Of a DNA stretch of 64,000 nt, positions 1 through 10,073 are shown piece after piece. The notes beneath the pieces were generated by a model that was not told the origin of the DNA, made no database searches, and worked only from the letters and a program-made list of their open reading frames with translations. The DNA comes from a bacterium (GTDB lineage: Bacteria > Patescibacteriota > Minisyncoccia > Phycocordibacterales > UBA12088), in assembly GCA_003252295.1 (NCBI GenBank), contig QKEV01000013.1:25920-89919 (forward strand), in the 5' to 3' direction. Each line of letters starts with the position of its first letter. Positions within the stretch are counted from its first letter, which is position 1. Position numbers and translations under genes: made by a program.

Positions 1-1912
1 GCTCCTCAAGTTCATAGAGTGCCTCACCAATGCGATGTTTCATTTCTACAAGTGTCTCACCTGTACCACACCCCTTCATGAACCTATCTTTTGGTGTTGG
101 GCAAACCTTCTTGAGCTCACCTACTCCTTTTCCATTCAGATCATCGAGCTGCCACTCCTCAAAACGCTCTTCCGTAATGATGTCTTTCTGTTCAATACCA
201 AGCTCAGTAGCAATAATCTCGGCTGACTCTCTCGTTCGTATGAGCGGACTCGTGATGATCTTTGTAATACCTTTACCTTTGAGATCCTTTGCGGCAGCAA
301 GCACCTGTTCTTTCCCTTTCTCTGTTACATGGTGCTCATTCTCCGGGAGCGAGCTTATAATGTGTTGTACATTACTCTCCGCCTCTCCATGACGCATGAA
401 GTAGTATGTGTTACCTGACTTCGCCGTATGTTCACGAAGTTCATCAACACTACCAAATACGGTCACCTCGTCAGTTTTCTCGTTCTTCCAAATAGGGAGC
501 GGGCTTGCCCAGAAACGGTTACGTGAGATGGTCCAGTCAGGTGCAGACTCAACAATGTGTTTGAACCGTCCATGCTTGAGGTGCTCTGGGTACCAGGTCA
601 CCTCTTCATTTGCATCCAAGAGCTTCTGCTTTACATCTTGTATGTTGATGAACCAACTTGAGAGTGCATTGTAGATGAGTGCTGTACCACAACGGTAGCA
701 GTGCGGGTACGAGTGTGTGTTGTTGTGCTTTGTAAAGAGCAATCCTCGCTCTTCAAGATCACCCATAACCACCTTACCTCCCTTCTTGTGGTACATGCCA
801 CGTACGATTTCTGGTGCATCATCGTTGTAAGTACCTGTCGCATCGAGTATCGGAATGATTGGCAGCTCGTGCTCCAATCCAAAGTTGTAGTCGTCCTCTC
901 CGTACATTGGTGCGGTATGTACAACACCGGTACCATCTTCAGTTGTGACAAAGTCTGCAGCCTGCACGGTCCACGCTTTCTTACTCTTTGCTTCCACAGC
1001 TTTCTCCACCTGGTAGAGTGGTTCGTATGCGGTGCCAACCAGATCTTTTCCTTTTACTTCTTTTACAATTTCATACTCTACATCCTTGAACACGTTCTCG
1101 AGCAACTCCTTTGCCAGAATAAAACGCACGAGCGGACCTGTGCCCTCGTCTTTCTTCTCAATAATTACGTAGTCAATATCTTCCCCTACCGCAAGTGCCA
1201 CGTTACCCGGCAAGGTCCATGGTGTCGTCGTCCATGCAAGAATAGAGGTATTTTCTGGGAACTCAGAACTCAGAACTCGAAACTCTACAAACACCGCCTC
1301 CTCCGTCACATCCTTGTAGCTGTTATCCATCGCAATCTCCGCTTTTGAGAGCGGGGTCTCACAACGAGGACAGTACATCAACACCTTCTTCCCCTCATAG
1401 AGACGTTTGTCAGAATGGATCTTTTTGAGCGCCCACCATACACTTTCAATGTAGGTGTTATCCATCGTCTTGTAGGAGTTATCAAAGTCCACCCAACGAC
1501 CAATACGCTCTACGTACGACTTCCAGTCGTCCACATACTTCAAGACCGTACTCTTCGCCTCCTCATTGAACTTGTCGATGCCGAGCTCTTCAATATCCTT
1601 CTTGGTCTTGAGTTCCAATTTTTTCTCTATCATATTCTCAATAGGAAGTCCGTGGCAGTCCCAACCCCATCGCCGTGGCACCGTGTAGCCCTGCATCGTC
1701 TTGTAGCGTCCAACCACATCCTTCACTACTGACGAGAGGAGTGAGCCAGCATGCGGCAATCCTGTTGCAAACGGAGGACCATCAAAGAATACAAACTCGC
1801 CGTTTGGGGCATCTTTATTCAAGCTTTTCTCAAATATCTTTCCGTCATTCCAAAAGGCGAGCACTTCTTCCTCGCGAGTCGCGGTTTCACTTTTTTTGTT
1901 TTGCTGAGACAT
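1..1912 (-). CDS. ileS: Isoleucine--tRNA ligase, type 2 (N-terminal part; runs off window edge), with inserted histidine phosphatase domain
   Basis: Absent from the ORF track (no stop in window); translated by hand from ATG 1912: MSQQNKKSE...FDGPPFATGLPHAGS...GWDCHGLP...WTTTPWT...SRNRFWASPLPIW, followed by YFMRHGEAE (RHG at 386-394). Confidence 0.95.
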   Translation of the reverse strand, partial: MSQQNKKSETATREEEVLAFWNDGKIFEKSLNKDAPNGEFVFFDGPPFATGLPHAGSLLSSVVKDVVGRYKTMQGYTVPRRWGWDCHGLPIENMIEKKLELKTKKDIEELGIDKFNEEAKSTVLKYVDDWKSYVERIGRWVDFDNSYKTMDNTYIESVWWALKKIHSDKRLYEGKKVLMYCPRCETPLSKAEIAMDNSYKDVTEEAVFVEFRVLSSEFPENTSILAWTTTPWTLPGNVALAVGEDIDYVIIEKKDEGTGPLVRFILAKELLENVFKDVEYEIVKEVKGKDLVGTAYEPLYQVEKAVEAKSKKAWTVQAADFVTTEDGTGVVHTAPMYGEDDYNFGLEHELPIIPILDATGTYNDDAPEIVRGMYHKKGGKVVMGDLEERGLLFTKHNNTHSYPHCYRCGTALIYNALSSWFINIQDVKQKLLDANEEVTWYPEHLKHGRFKHIVESAPDWTISRNRFWASPLPIWKNEKTDEVTVFGSVDELREHTAKSGNTYYFMRHGEAESNVQHIISSLPENEHHVTEKGKEQVLAAAKDLKGKGITKIITSPLIRTRESAEIIATELGIEQKDIITEERFEEWQLDDLNGKGVGELKKVCPTPKDRFMKGCGTGETLVEMKHRIGEALYELEE

Positions 1913-1955
1913 AAGCTTCTATTCTACTACTGATAAAATAAATACACAGGATCTG

Positions 1956-3632
1956 TTACATTCGTTCTGGGGCTTTAATACCAAGGAGCCACAAACCATT
2001 CTCCATAGTGTTTGCAAACGCAGCTGCAAGTGCAAGTTTGTACGGAGCGGTCACTGATTCATCAAGTATTTTTTCCGCTGCATAGTATGAGTTCCACTCA
2101 GCTGCGAGCTGTGTCAGGTACGTAGTGATGTAGTGCGGTTCATGTTCTTTTTGTGCTCGCTCTACCACCTCTGGGAAACGGTACAGCAGTTTTTCAAGCA
2201 CTGTTGTCTCCTGTGGAGCAAGCTCGGTACTTGGCACCACACCTACAGCATTCGCCTTCTCCAGAACTGATGATGCACGGGTATGCGAGTACTCAAGGTA
2301 CGGACCAGAATCACCTTCAAAGGAGAGTGCTTCATCTGGATTGAAGGCAACATTCTTCCCTGCTCGACGTTTAAGTACTGAATACTTTATTGCAGCAACC
2401 GCAACAGCTCTTGCGATACTCTCTTTCTCTTCCTCTGGTAAATCACGATCTTGTACCTTCTCTGTAGCAAGCGCAAGCATGTCACGCAAGAGTGACTCAC
2501 CAGTAATGACATTTCCCTTTCGTGAAGACATCTTCTCTCCAGTAAGACTCATCATGCCGTGACTTACGTGTACAAGCTTCTTTGCCAATTCAGGCATCAA
2601 GAGAGAGAGTGCTTTGTAAACAACCTTGAAGTACTCATCTTGCTCTACTGCTGTTGTGGTCACGGAAACATCAAAATCCCACTTCTGCATTTTGTTGTAT
2701 GCAAGACCGAGCTCTTTCGCCTCGTACGTAGTAAGTCCTGCTTGGTTTATAAAAACACGAGTATGAAGTCCATATGGCTCACCCTTAAATACCACAGCAC
2801 CTTCACTCTCTTCGAAAATACCTTTCGTGAGACCTTCCTTTACAAGTGTCTTTCCTGGCTCAAAACATTCACTCTCAAAAAAGTAGTGATCAAACTTCGT
2901 ATCGAGCATAGCATACAGCTCCTCAAAATGTTCAAGGGTCACACGTCGACCTGTTTCATAGTCCTCTTTGATCTCATCAGCGTGTTCATAGACCATTTTG
3001 TTGTACGCAACAATCTCCTCTTTCGCAGTCTCCTCATCTTCGTAGGCACTGTTTCCTGTAACGTATGCCTTGGCTATATCCTCCACATTACTTGGATCGC
3101 CCCCTATTTTCTGCAAACCCCAAAGTGCTTTAGCAACATGAAGACCAACATCACCCTGGTAGTTTGCTCGACGCACCTCTGCTCCAGTAAAATCGTACAA
3201 ACGTGAGATAGACTCCCCAATGGTGTTGCTCATGAGGTGCCCTATATGGAATGGTTTGAATGGATTTGGTTGCGTGTGCTCTACGAGCACCTTCTTACCT
3301 TTGAGTGAATTGTTTGCTCCCCAACGCTCGCCAACCTCCAACATCTCTTTGATACTCTTTGGGAAAAATGTACGAGCAAGATAGAAATTAATGAACCCTG
3401 GACCAGCCACCTCAATTCGCTCTATATCTTCATGATTCCCAAACGCAGCAACAATTTCTTCAGCAACCTCACGTGGATTTCTTCCCTCTCGTTTTCCCAG
3501 TATCAGTGCAATGTTTGTAGCAAAATCACCATGTTCAAGCTCAGTTGGATGCTCAAGAGTAATTTCGTCGATTGAAAAACCCTGTTTCGCAAGGGCTTCA
3601 CGTACTAACTTCTGTATAGTTTCAGTAACCAT
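1956..3632 (-). CDS. argS: Arginine--tRNA ligase
   Basis: HGDFATN, GPGFINF, PNPFKPFHIGH, KMSSRKG, GDSGPYL, C-terminal GIKAPERM; start moved to ATG 3632. Confidence 0.97.
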   Translation of the reverse strand: MVTETIQKLVREALAKQGFSIDEITLEHPTELEHGDFATNIALILGKREGRNPREVAEEIVAAFGNHEDIERIEVAGPGFINFYLARTFFPKSIKEMLEVGERWGANNSLKGKKVLVEHTQPNPFKPFHIGHLMSNTIGESISRLYDFTGAEVRRANYQGDVGLHVAKALWGLQKIGGDPSNVEDIAKAYVTGNSAYEDEETAKEEIVAYNKMVYEHADEIKEDYETGRRVTLEHFEELYAMLDTKFDHYFFESECFEPGKTLVKEGLTKGIFEESEGAVVFKGEPYGLHTRVFINQAGLTTYEAKELGLAYNKMQKWDFDVSVTTTAVEQDEYFKVVYKALSLLMPELAKKLVHVSHGMMSLTGEKMSSRKGNVITGESLLRDMLALATEKVQDRDLPEEEKESIARAVAVAAIKYSVLKRRAGKNVAFNPDEALSFEGDSGPYLEYSHTRASSVLEKANAVGVVPSTELAPQETTVLEKLLYRFPEVVERAQKEHEPHYITTYLTQLAAEWNSYYAAEKILDESVTAPYKLALAAAFANTMENGLWLLGIKAPERM

Positions 3633-3668
3633 AGTAAGCACTATATAGAAAAGAGAACTATAACTCAA

Positions 3669-4754
3669 CTACCGTGTCCCATCAGTGAGCTCCACGCTCT
3701 CATGTACATCAAGTACATTGAAGCGCACCATACCGATCACTTGTTGACTTTCTGTCTCAACCACACATCGCCACTCTCCCTCATCAAGATTTTGCTTGAG
3801 TGAATATGCTCTATACCCCCCTAAACGTCCCCCATCAGTAGTAAATTCAATGCGTCCTCCAGCGGCACGGACCCATTGTCCATTTGTCGCCTTACGTTGC
3901 CATGAGTGATAGAGTGGTTCATTGAAACGGGTCGGTAAAAATACACTTGTGAAGCAGTAGGCAGCTTCACCTGGACCTTTATGAAATACCTTACTGGTAT
4001 CACGCCAACTCTCGTACCATGCTGGTTTTTCGTAGGTAACCACATACGAACCACCTTCTCTGCTTACACTATGATAGATACCGATCTCCTTGAGGGAGAG
4101 TGGAACAGGAGGAATGATGTTGGTAAAGTAGAGTGCATTGAAACTAAGGTAAATACCACCAACAATAAAGAGTATTCGCACACCTCCTTGTTTAAAGAGT
4201 TTTGGAAAGAACTTATTGATGTAGTAAAGAACAAAACCAATTATGACGAGTGAAAGTATGCCAGCATAGAGGAACGTTGCTGTACTAATACTTCGCGTAA
4301 TAATTGGAGTAACAAGCACCATGTACGAAAGAAGAGCAAAGTAGAACAAGCTCATTTGAAATATGAGACGTTCGTAACGTCTTTTGAAAAATTCATTCCC
4401 AACAAACAACATCACGAGAACAAGGAGAAACGGCCAACTCACAAACACCGATGAACTTTTCGTGTACAAAATGAGAAACCCTGAAAAGAGTCCTCCTAAG
4501 GGAAACTGAATAATGATGGGTAGCCACACACGAAATTTTAAAAGCCACTTGGGAGCAAACACTCTCGTCTCAACAGCATGTACCAGAAAAATACCTGCAA
4601 GTGCAATGAGGAGGTACACAATGAACACCACATTTTCATACACAAGATCTATACGTCTCAAAGTAAGCGTGTCCCACAGAAAACCCGTAGCAAATGCTAC
4701 TAGAGAGAGATGTTCACGTACCCACCAGTATGTGTTTTTTATAAACGGTGTCAT
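3669..4754 (-). CDS. DUF2914-type multi-pass membrane protein
   Basis: About 7 TM segments, then a soluble C-terminal domain with GGRLGGYRAYS..K....GEWRC.V. Confidence 0.75.
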   Translation of the reverse strand: MTPFIKNTYWWVREHLSLVAFATGFLWDTLTLRRIDLVYENVVFIVYLLIALAGIFLVHAVETRVFAPKWLLKFRVWLPIIIQFPLGGLFSGFLILYTKSSSVFVSWPFLLVLVMLFVGNEFFKRRYERLIFQMSLFYFALLSYMVLVTPIITRSISTATFLYAGILSLVIIGFVLYYINKFFPKLFKQGGVRILFIVGGIYLSFNALYFTNIIPPVPLSLKEIGIYHSVSREGGSYVVTYEKPAWYESWRDTSKVFHKGPGEAAYCFTSVFLPTRFNEPLYHSWQRKATNGQWVRAAGGRIEFTTDGGRLGGYRAYSLKQNLDEGEWRCVVETESQQVIGMVRFNVLDVHESVELTDGTR

Positions 4755-4823
4755 ATAGTATCTCTATCATACCAGAGTAGCTTGTACGAGGAGATGATCG
4801 ATTACTGCGTGTAATCTAGTACT

Positions 4824-6158
4824 CTACTGAGATCCTTGATGTTTCTTGTTTTCTTCAGCTTGTGTAGTGTTGTTTTCCTCACGCTGTGCACCATCATCAC
4901 TTACATCTTCTTGCTCCTTCTTTTCTTCAAGCTGCAAACCGCCGCCATGTACACTCATCACTAGTAAGCCAATGAGAACAAGTGCTGCGATACCCATACC
5001 AAACCATGGTATCCAAGGTGCACGCTCTGTAAGTCTGCTCTCCTCGAAATCACATTCATCTCCAATACCATCCCCATCCGTGTCGCGCTGAGCACTGTTC
5101 GGAGTATTTGGACAGTTATCATCAAGTGTCATGACACCATCATGGTCAAAATCATCACAAGCATCCCCTTGTCCATTGCCATTCACATCAATTTGGTCAG
5201 CGTTTGCCACCTTTGGACAGTTGTCAGTTTCATCAGGGACACCATCGCCGTCGCTGTCACTACTTATGTAAGCAGGGTTTGGATTTACACTACTGTTTCC
5301 ACCCACAAGTAACTTGAGAACATCTTTATCACTGGAGAGCTGTACAGACTCCTGAGCTACACTTCCATACGACCTGTCTGGGTCAATGTAAATCGTGTAT
5401 GTCTCTCCTGGTTGCGCTAGAAAACGTAGTGCATGTGTTGTAACCGTACTTGGTATCTGCATGAGTTCTATTTCAGACAATCGTAGTGGTTGTGAGAGTC
5501 CAAAATCTATAATAAACATTCCTGCACTTGTTTCAGGAAAAGCCATAATCGTTCCCGTCACTGTAGTTTCTGCAAGAACCACCTGCTGTCCGCCATTTGG
5601 CATTACAGCCTTTACCGATACTGTTTTTGGTAAGGTCACATTCGACGCAAGAGTAAAACGTATCCCTCTAGCAGTCACTGTTTCAAAAGGTGCACCAACA
5701 GGGCTAGTACTGAGTGTAACCTGAGCCCTGTTTATCGCATTTTCATCAAATGGAAAATCAACAAACGTATTTATATTATCGTCACGCAATGAGGTAAGAG
5801 AAATATTATCAGTATCCTCAGTGAACGGATACACTTCTACTTCTTGTAGTTCCGTATAGGTTTTATTGTATGCTTTTTGGGACTCACCACTATTGCTTAC
5901 CACAACCGCTGTTTTCTGCTTAAACATGTCTCCGTATATCGGCAACTCAACAACAGTAGGAACATCAACACGGAACGCTGGAACCTGAATGGTGTACCTA
6001 AAAGCACCTAGGTCTATGCTTGCCTGCTCTTGCCACTCAGGTGTTATTTTTTGTGAGGTAACCACAGGAACTGCTTCCTGCGCAAACACATTTGATGCAA
6101 ATATACCTGCACAAAGAAGGAGGAGGACGATAAACGCCCGAAGACTATTCTTATTCAT
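4824..6158 (-). CDS. Exported, C-terminally anchored protein with thrombospondin type-3 (Ca-binding) repeats
   Basis: Signal peptide; DSDGDGVPDETDNCP..N.DQ.D...G.GDACD repeats; TM near C-terminus. Confidence 0.85.
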   Translation of the reverse strand: MNKNSLRAFIVLLLLCAGIFASNVFAQEAVPVVTSQKITPEWQEQASIDLGAFRYTIQVPAFRVDVPTVVELPIYGDMFKQKTAVVVSNSGESQKAYNKTYTELQEVEVYPFTEDTDNISLTSLRDDNINTFVDFPFDENAINRAQVTLSTSPVGAPFETVTARGIRFTLASNVTLPKTVSVKAVMPNGGQQVVLAETTVTGTIMAFPETSAGMFIIDFGLSQPLRLSEIELMQIPSTVTTHALRFLAQPGETYTIYIDPDRSYGSVAQESVQLSSDKDVLKLLVGGNSSVNPNPAYISSDSDGDGVPDETDNCPKVANADQIDVNGNGQGDACDDFDHDGVMTLDDNCPNTPNSAQRDTDGDGIGDECDFEESRLTERAPWIPWFGMGIAALVLIGLLVMSVHGGGLQLEEKKEQEDVSDDGAQREENNTTQAEENKKHQGSQ

Positions 6159-8097
6159 GGTCACTATGTTTATTAGTACTTGTAAGATGCTTACTGTTGC
6201 TCTTTTCAAACCAAGCTACAGTCACGATGATTGCTCCAATAATGCAGAAAGTAATAACTCTGAAAAAGAGACCCATATTCCAGACATCAATGAACAGTAA
6301 CCTACCAACAATAATAATAAAGTATGCAATAGCAACATTTCGTTTCCATACTGAATTCTCTGCCTTGCTCCGTATGTAGAAGTACGAAGCAACCATGGTG
6401 TAAATGAAGAGAGCTACCATAGCAGCACCGTCATAATCGTAGTACGTGTACGTACGGTAGTTGGAAAGTTGCTCAACACTGAACAGTCCCACACTTACAT
6501 ACCAAACCGTTATTGTTGCATACACCATACCAAGTACAACAGCAATGTTTCTGATATGAGCAAGTGTACTGTCTGCTAACCTTTTGTGTTCCCTATGGAA
6601 GACATTGGCTAGGTAAAAAGTTATCGCAACAATCAAGTACAGTACAAATGCATCACTCGAGAAGATACCCTCTTGTGCCCATAAGTGATTACTCATGCTA
6701 CCAAGTGACATAACCAATGGGACAATAGACGGCAATGCCAAGACCCACAACGCTTTTACAGAACGAGTTATGAAGTACCCCGTAAGAATGAGTGCTGCTG
6801 ATTCTAGTATGTACGCTATGGTGAGCGTCTCACCATCAAGCTCAAGTGCTGTTGCAGTGCCCAAGAACATCACACCAACACCTAAGTATGTAAAGAAGTA
6901 CGGTAACTTCGCGCCAAGTCTGACTGCAGTAAATGCACCAAAAGCAAAAACGATGGTCCAGAAAACAAGTATAAGACTCTGCCATTCCTCCCCTGCTCCA
7001 AACAGTATCCAGAGCAGTAGGTATACACCCGTGAGTGCCGCAGTGAGCAGGTCCACCAAAGACACCTTTGTGATCTTTCGCATACCCCAAACCGAAACTG
7101 CAAAGAAGAGTGCTGAAAAGATGAAAGCAAACATGAGACCCGTATCAGCATACTGCGTTGCAAGTGCTATTTTGTTTTGATAGTACTCATAGTTTGCACT
7201 ATTAGCGTAACCACCATATACGTGACTCTTATACATAACCTCTTCTAAGAACGGCAGACTGTAGAGGAAAACTGTTGTGAGTGAGGTGAGTATGAGACCT
7301 CTCCACCCCTTGAGTCCTGCCACCCAAATAGCTCCCAGTGAAAGCACAAGTAGGTACGTCATCAAACCAGCAAAGCTTGGTGTTGAAGTTGTGACCAACA
7401 TTGGGGCCACTGCTGCTATCGCAACATTTCCATATGCAAGTGGTTTGTAAGAGAACAAAACACTCATGAAACCAAGTACACATGAGGTGAGGAACATGAG
7501 CATGAGTGCACTCATCTGTGTAAAGAGTCCATAATTAGGAGTTTGTCCAACCCATACCGTGAAGACCACAATGAGTGCTCCAACAAACATAAGGATGCTT
7601 CCTTGAGAGATAAACCTTCCCATACGATATCGTCCAAGCGCGAGTACCCCTGCACCAAACAAGAGTCCGACAGCTATTCTCCCCATAGGACCTATCCACT
7701 CCTCTGCAAACGCATAGTTCACGAACCACGCTAGACCAAGAATGAGGAAAAAACCTCCCAGCTTCATGAGCCAATCGGTCTTGAGCCATACACCGAAGCG
7801 CTCAAGTGCACTCGGCTCAGAAGGTGCTGTAGGAAACACCTGATCCTCTATCTTCGCCACCTCTTGTCTCACCATCTGTTCGGATACAGCAGGGCGCTCC
7901 TTACGCATCTGCTGCTTAGGTGCAGTGAGGTGTGCAGTCTTCTCTTTGAGGTACTGCTCCATGTGCTGCATTTGTTTTTTGAGTTGTGCAGTACGTTTGA
8001 AAAGTACAATAGAGAGCACGAACGACAGCATGCCAAGAACACCACCCGCTATCACGAGTAGTATCAAGAACTCAAGGTCATCAATAAAATAGAACAT
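6151..8097 (-). CDS. DUF2339-like polytopic membrane protein
   Basis: N-terminal TM plus coiled linker, WLMKLGG..LILGLAWFV.YAF...WIGPMGR, many TM segments. Confidence 0.8.
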   Translation of the reverse strand: MFYFIDDLEFLILLVIAGGVLGMLSFVLSIVLFKRTAQLKKQMQHMEQYLKEKTAHLTAPKQQMRKERPAVSEQMVRQEVAKIEDQVFPTAPSEPSALERFGVWLKTDWLMKLGGFFLILGLAWFVNYAFAEEWIGPMGRIAVGLLFGAGVLALGRYRMGRFISQGSILMFVGALIVVFTVWVGQTPNYGLFTQMSALMLMFLTSCVLGFMSVLFSYKPLAYGNVAIAAVAPMLVTTSTPSFAGLMTYLLVLSLGAIWVAGLKGWRGLILTSLTTVFLYSLPFLEEVMYKSHVYGGYANSANYEYYQNKIALATQYADTGLMFAFIFSALFFAVSVWGMRKITKVSLVDLLTAALTGVYLLLWILFGAGEEWQSLILVFWTIVFAFGAFTAVRLGAKLPYFFTYLGVGVMFLGTATALELDGETLTIAYILESAALILTGYFITRSVKALWVLALPSIVPLVMSLGSMSNHLWAQEGIFSSDAFVLYLIVAITFYLANVFHREHKRLADSTLAHIRNIAVVLGMVYATITVWYVSVGLFSVEQLSNYRTYTYYDYDGAAMVALFIYTMVASYFYIRSKAENSVWKRNVAIAYFIIIVGRLLFIDVWNMGLFFRVITFCIIGAIIVTVAWFEKSNSKHLTSTNKHSDHE

Positions 8098-8220
8098 GGT
8101 ATATAAAAGTTACTTACCCTCATCATACCGCAACAACTAGGTACCATCAGTCAAGGTTATACACAAAACAATGAACATACCATGGTATGTTCATTGTTTT
8201 GTTCATCGTTTTTTCAGCAA

Positions 8221-9486
8221 TCACCCAAACACCTCGGGCACCGGTTTCTCGAGAGCGAGTGTGGTTATCTCCTCACGTATCTCCTCTTTCTTCTTTGCAT
8301 CATCCTTGTTCCGCATGGTTTCAATCATGAGCTCAGCAACACGAGCTGCATCTTCTTTTTCAAAACGTCGTGTCGTAATAGCAGGTGCTCCAAAGCGTAT
8401 ACCTGATGGATCCATTGGCTTTCGTGGGTCATCAGCTATGACATTCTTGTTTACCGTAATACCTACCTCATCGAGCACCTTCTCTGCCTCAGCACCACCA
8501 ACACCGAGTGATCCGAAGACATCAGCAAGGATGAGGTGGTTACTCGTTCCGCCACCTATCATACGCACCCCTTCCCGCTTGAACACTTCCTCCATTGCTT
8601 TTGCATTTTTGAGGATCTGTCCTGCGTACTTTCGGTACGACGGTGTGAGTGCCTCACCAAATGCCACTGCTTTCGCTGCAATATTGTTCATGTGTGGACC
8701 ACCCTGTAGTCCCGGGAATATCGCCTTGTTGATCTTTGCAATAATCTCCTCACTCTCACGCACCAGTATCATGCCACCACGTGGACCACGCAGCGTCTTA
8801 TGGGTTGTTGTGGTCATGAGGTCAAAACCAGCGTCAAACGGGTTCTTTGCAGCACCGCCAGCAATGAGTCCGGCAATGTGTGCAATGTCTGCCATCACAA
8901 GCGCCCCTACTTCACGTCCTATCGCTACAAACTTCTCATAGTCGAGCTCCCGAGAGTACGCACTGAAGCCGGCAAGGATGAGTTTTGGTTTCTCACGCTT
9001 CGCCACCTCGAGCATCTCATCGTAGTCTATCTCCCCCGTCTCAACATCCTTCATCTTGTACCGCACAAAGTTGAACACCTTGGTTATCTCCGTGACCGGA
9101 TGCCCATGGGTGAGATGTCCGCCATGAGAGAGATCCATACCGAGTACCGTGTCTCCTGGTTCAAGGAGTGCAAAGTACGTTGCCACGTTTGCCGGGGCCC
9201 CTGAGAGTGGCTGCACGTTTGCATACTTACAATTAAACAGTTTACATGCTCGGTCGATAGCGAGCTGCTCGACCACATCGGTGTAGTCCTGTCCTCCGTA
9301 GTACCGTTTCCCAGGATACCCTTCTGAATACTTGTTGGTAAACACGCTTCCGAGTGCCTCACGCACCGCAAGTGAGACGTAGTTCTCACTTGGAATGAGT
9401 TCAAGACCCTCACGTTCACGTCGCTCTTCACCAATGAGCGCTTCATACACCTCTTCATCCTGTCCTTGTATCTTTTTATACTCCAT
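8221..9486 (-). CDS. glyA: Serine hydroxymethyltransferase
   Basis: LIPSEN, NKYSEGYPGKRYYGG, HGGHLTHG, TTTHKTLRGPRGG (PLP lysine). Confidence 0.98.
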   Translation of the reverse strand: MEYKKIQGQDEEVYEALIGEERREREGLELIPSENYVSLAVREALGSVFTNKYSEGYPGKRYYGGQDYTDVVEQLAIDRACKLFNCKYANVQPLSGAPANVATYFALLEPGDTVLGMDLSHGGHLTHGHPVTEITKVFNFVRYKMKDVETGEIDYDEMLEVAKREKPKLILAGFSAYSRELDYEKFVAIGREVGALVMADIAHIAGLIAGGAAKNPFDAGFDLMTTTTHKTLRGPRGGMILVRESEEIIAKINKAIFPGLQGGPHMNNIAAKAVAFGEALTPSYRKYAGQILKNAKAMEEVFKREGVRMIGGGTSNHLILADVFGSLGVGGAEAEKVLDEVGITVNKNVIADDPRKPMDPSGIRFGAPAITTRRFEKEDAARVAELMIETMRNKDDAKKKEEIREEITTLALEKPVPEVFG

Positions 9487-9526
9487 ACCTTTTACGTTAG
9501 CTGATAATTTTTATATAAAAAACCGG

Positions 9527-9955
9527 CTACTTACCGGTACTGCCAAAACCTTTTTCGCCTCGCACTGTCTCAGAGAGTGTCTCCACCTCTTCAACCTGCA
9601 TCATTGCAACCTGCTGTAAGACAAACTGTGCTATACGATGCCCCTTCTCTATCGTGTAGGGTTCTTCCCCTACATTCACCAAACCAACCTTCACCTCACC
9701 TCGGTATATCGCATCTATCACCCCACCGAGTGTTTTCAACCCATGCAGGTGCGAGACACTGCTCCTATCCCAAATGAACATCGCGTACTCCTCGGGAATT
9801 TCTACCGCAATACCAGCCCCCACCTGACACCGCTCGCCTGGCTGCAGCTCTACCGTTTCAGCAGCGTAGAGGTCGTACGCCGCATCACCGACACGTCCCT
9901 GGGTAGGCAGCTTAGCGTCTGCAACAACCCGTTTAACCTTGAGTATTAGGTTCAT
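9527..9955 (-). CDS. dut: dUTP diphosphatase (trimeric)
   Basis: AYDLYA, DRSS, GGVIDAIYRGE, RIAQ, RGEKGFGSTG. Confidence 0.96.
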   Translation of the reverse strand: MNLILKVKRVVADAKLPTQGRVGDAAYDLYAAETVELQPGERCQVGAGIAVEIPEEYAMFIWDRSSVSHLHGLKTLGGVIDAIYRGEVKVGLVNVGEEPYTIEKGHRIAQFVLQQVAMMQVEEVETLSETVRGEKGFGSTGK

Positions 9956-10073
9956 AAGTTTCTATGATACTATAGTCCTCACAGACGCGTAACATTGACG
10001 AATTACCATTACCCTATATATTTGCAAATTAGGACATAACGCAAAAGTATTACCATTCTAAAGGAGAGTTACT

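Noticed and set aside
30-1933. Many short ORFs in the track over the first 1.9 kb
   Set aside because: They are shadow or out-of-frame ORFs of ileS, which the track missed because it has no stop in the window.
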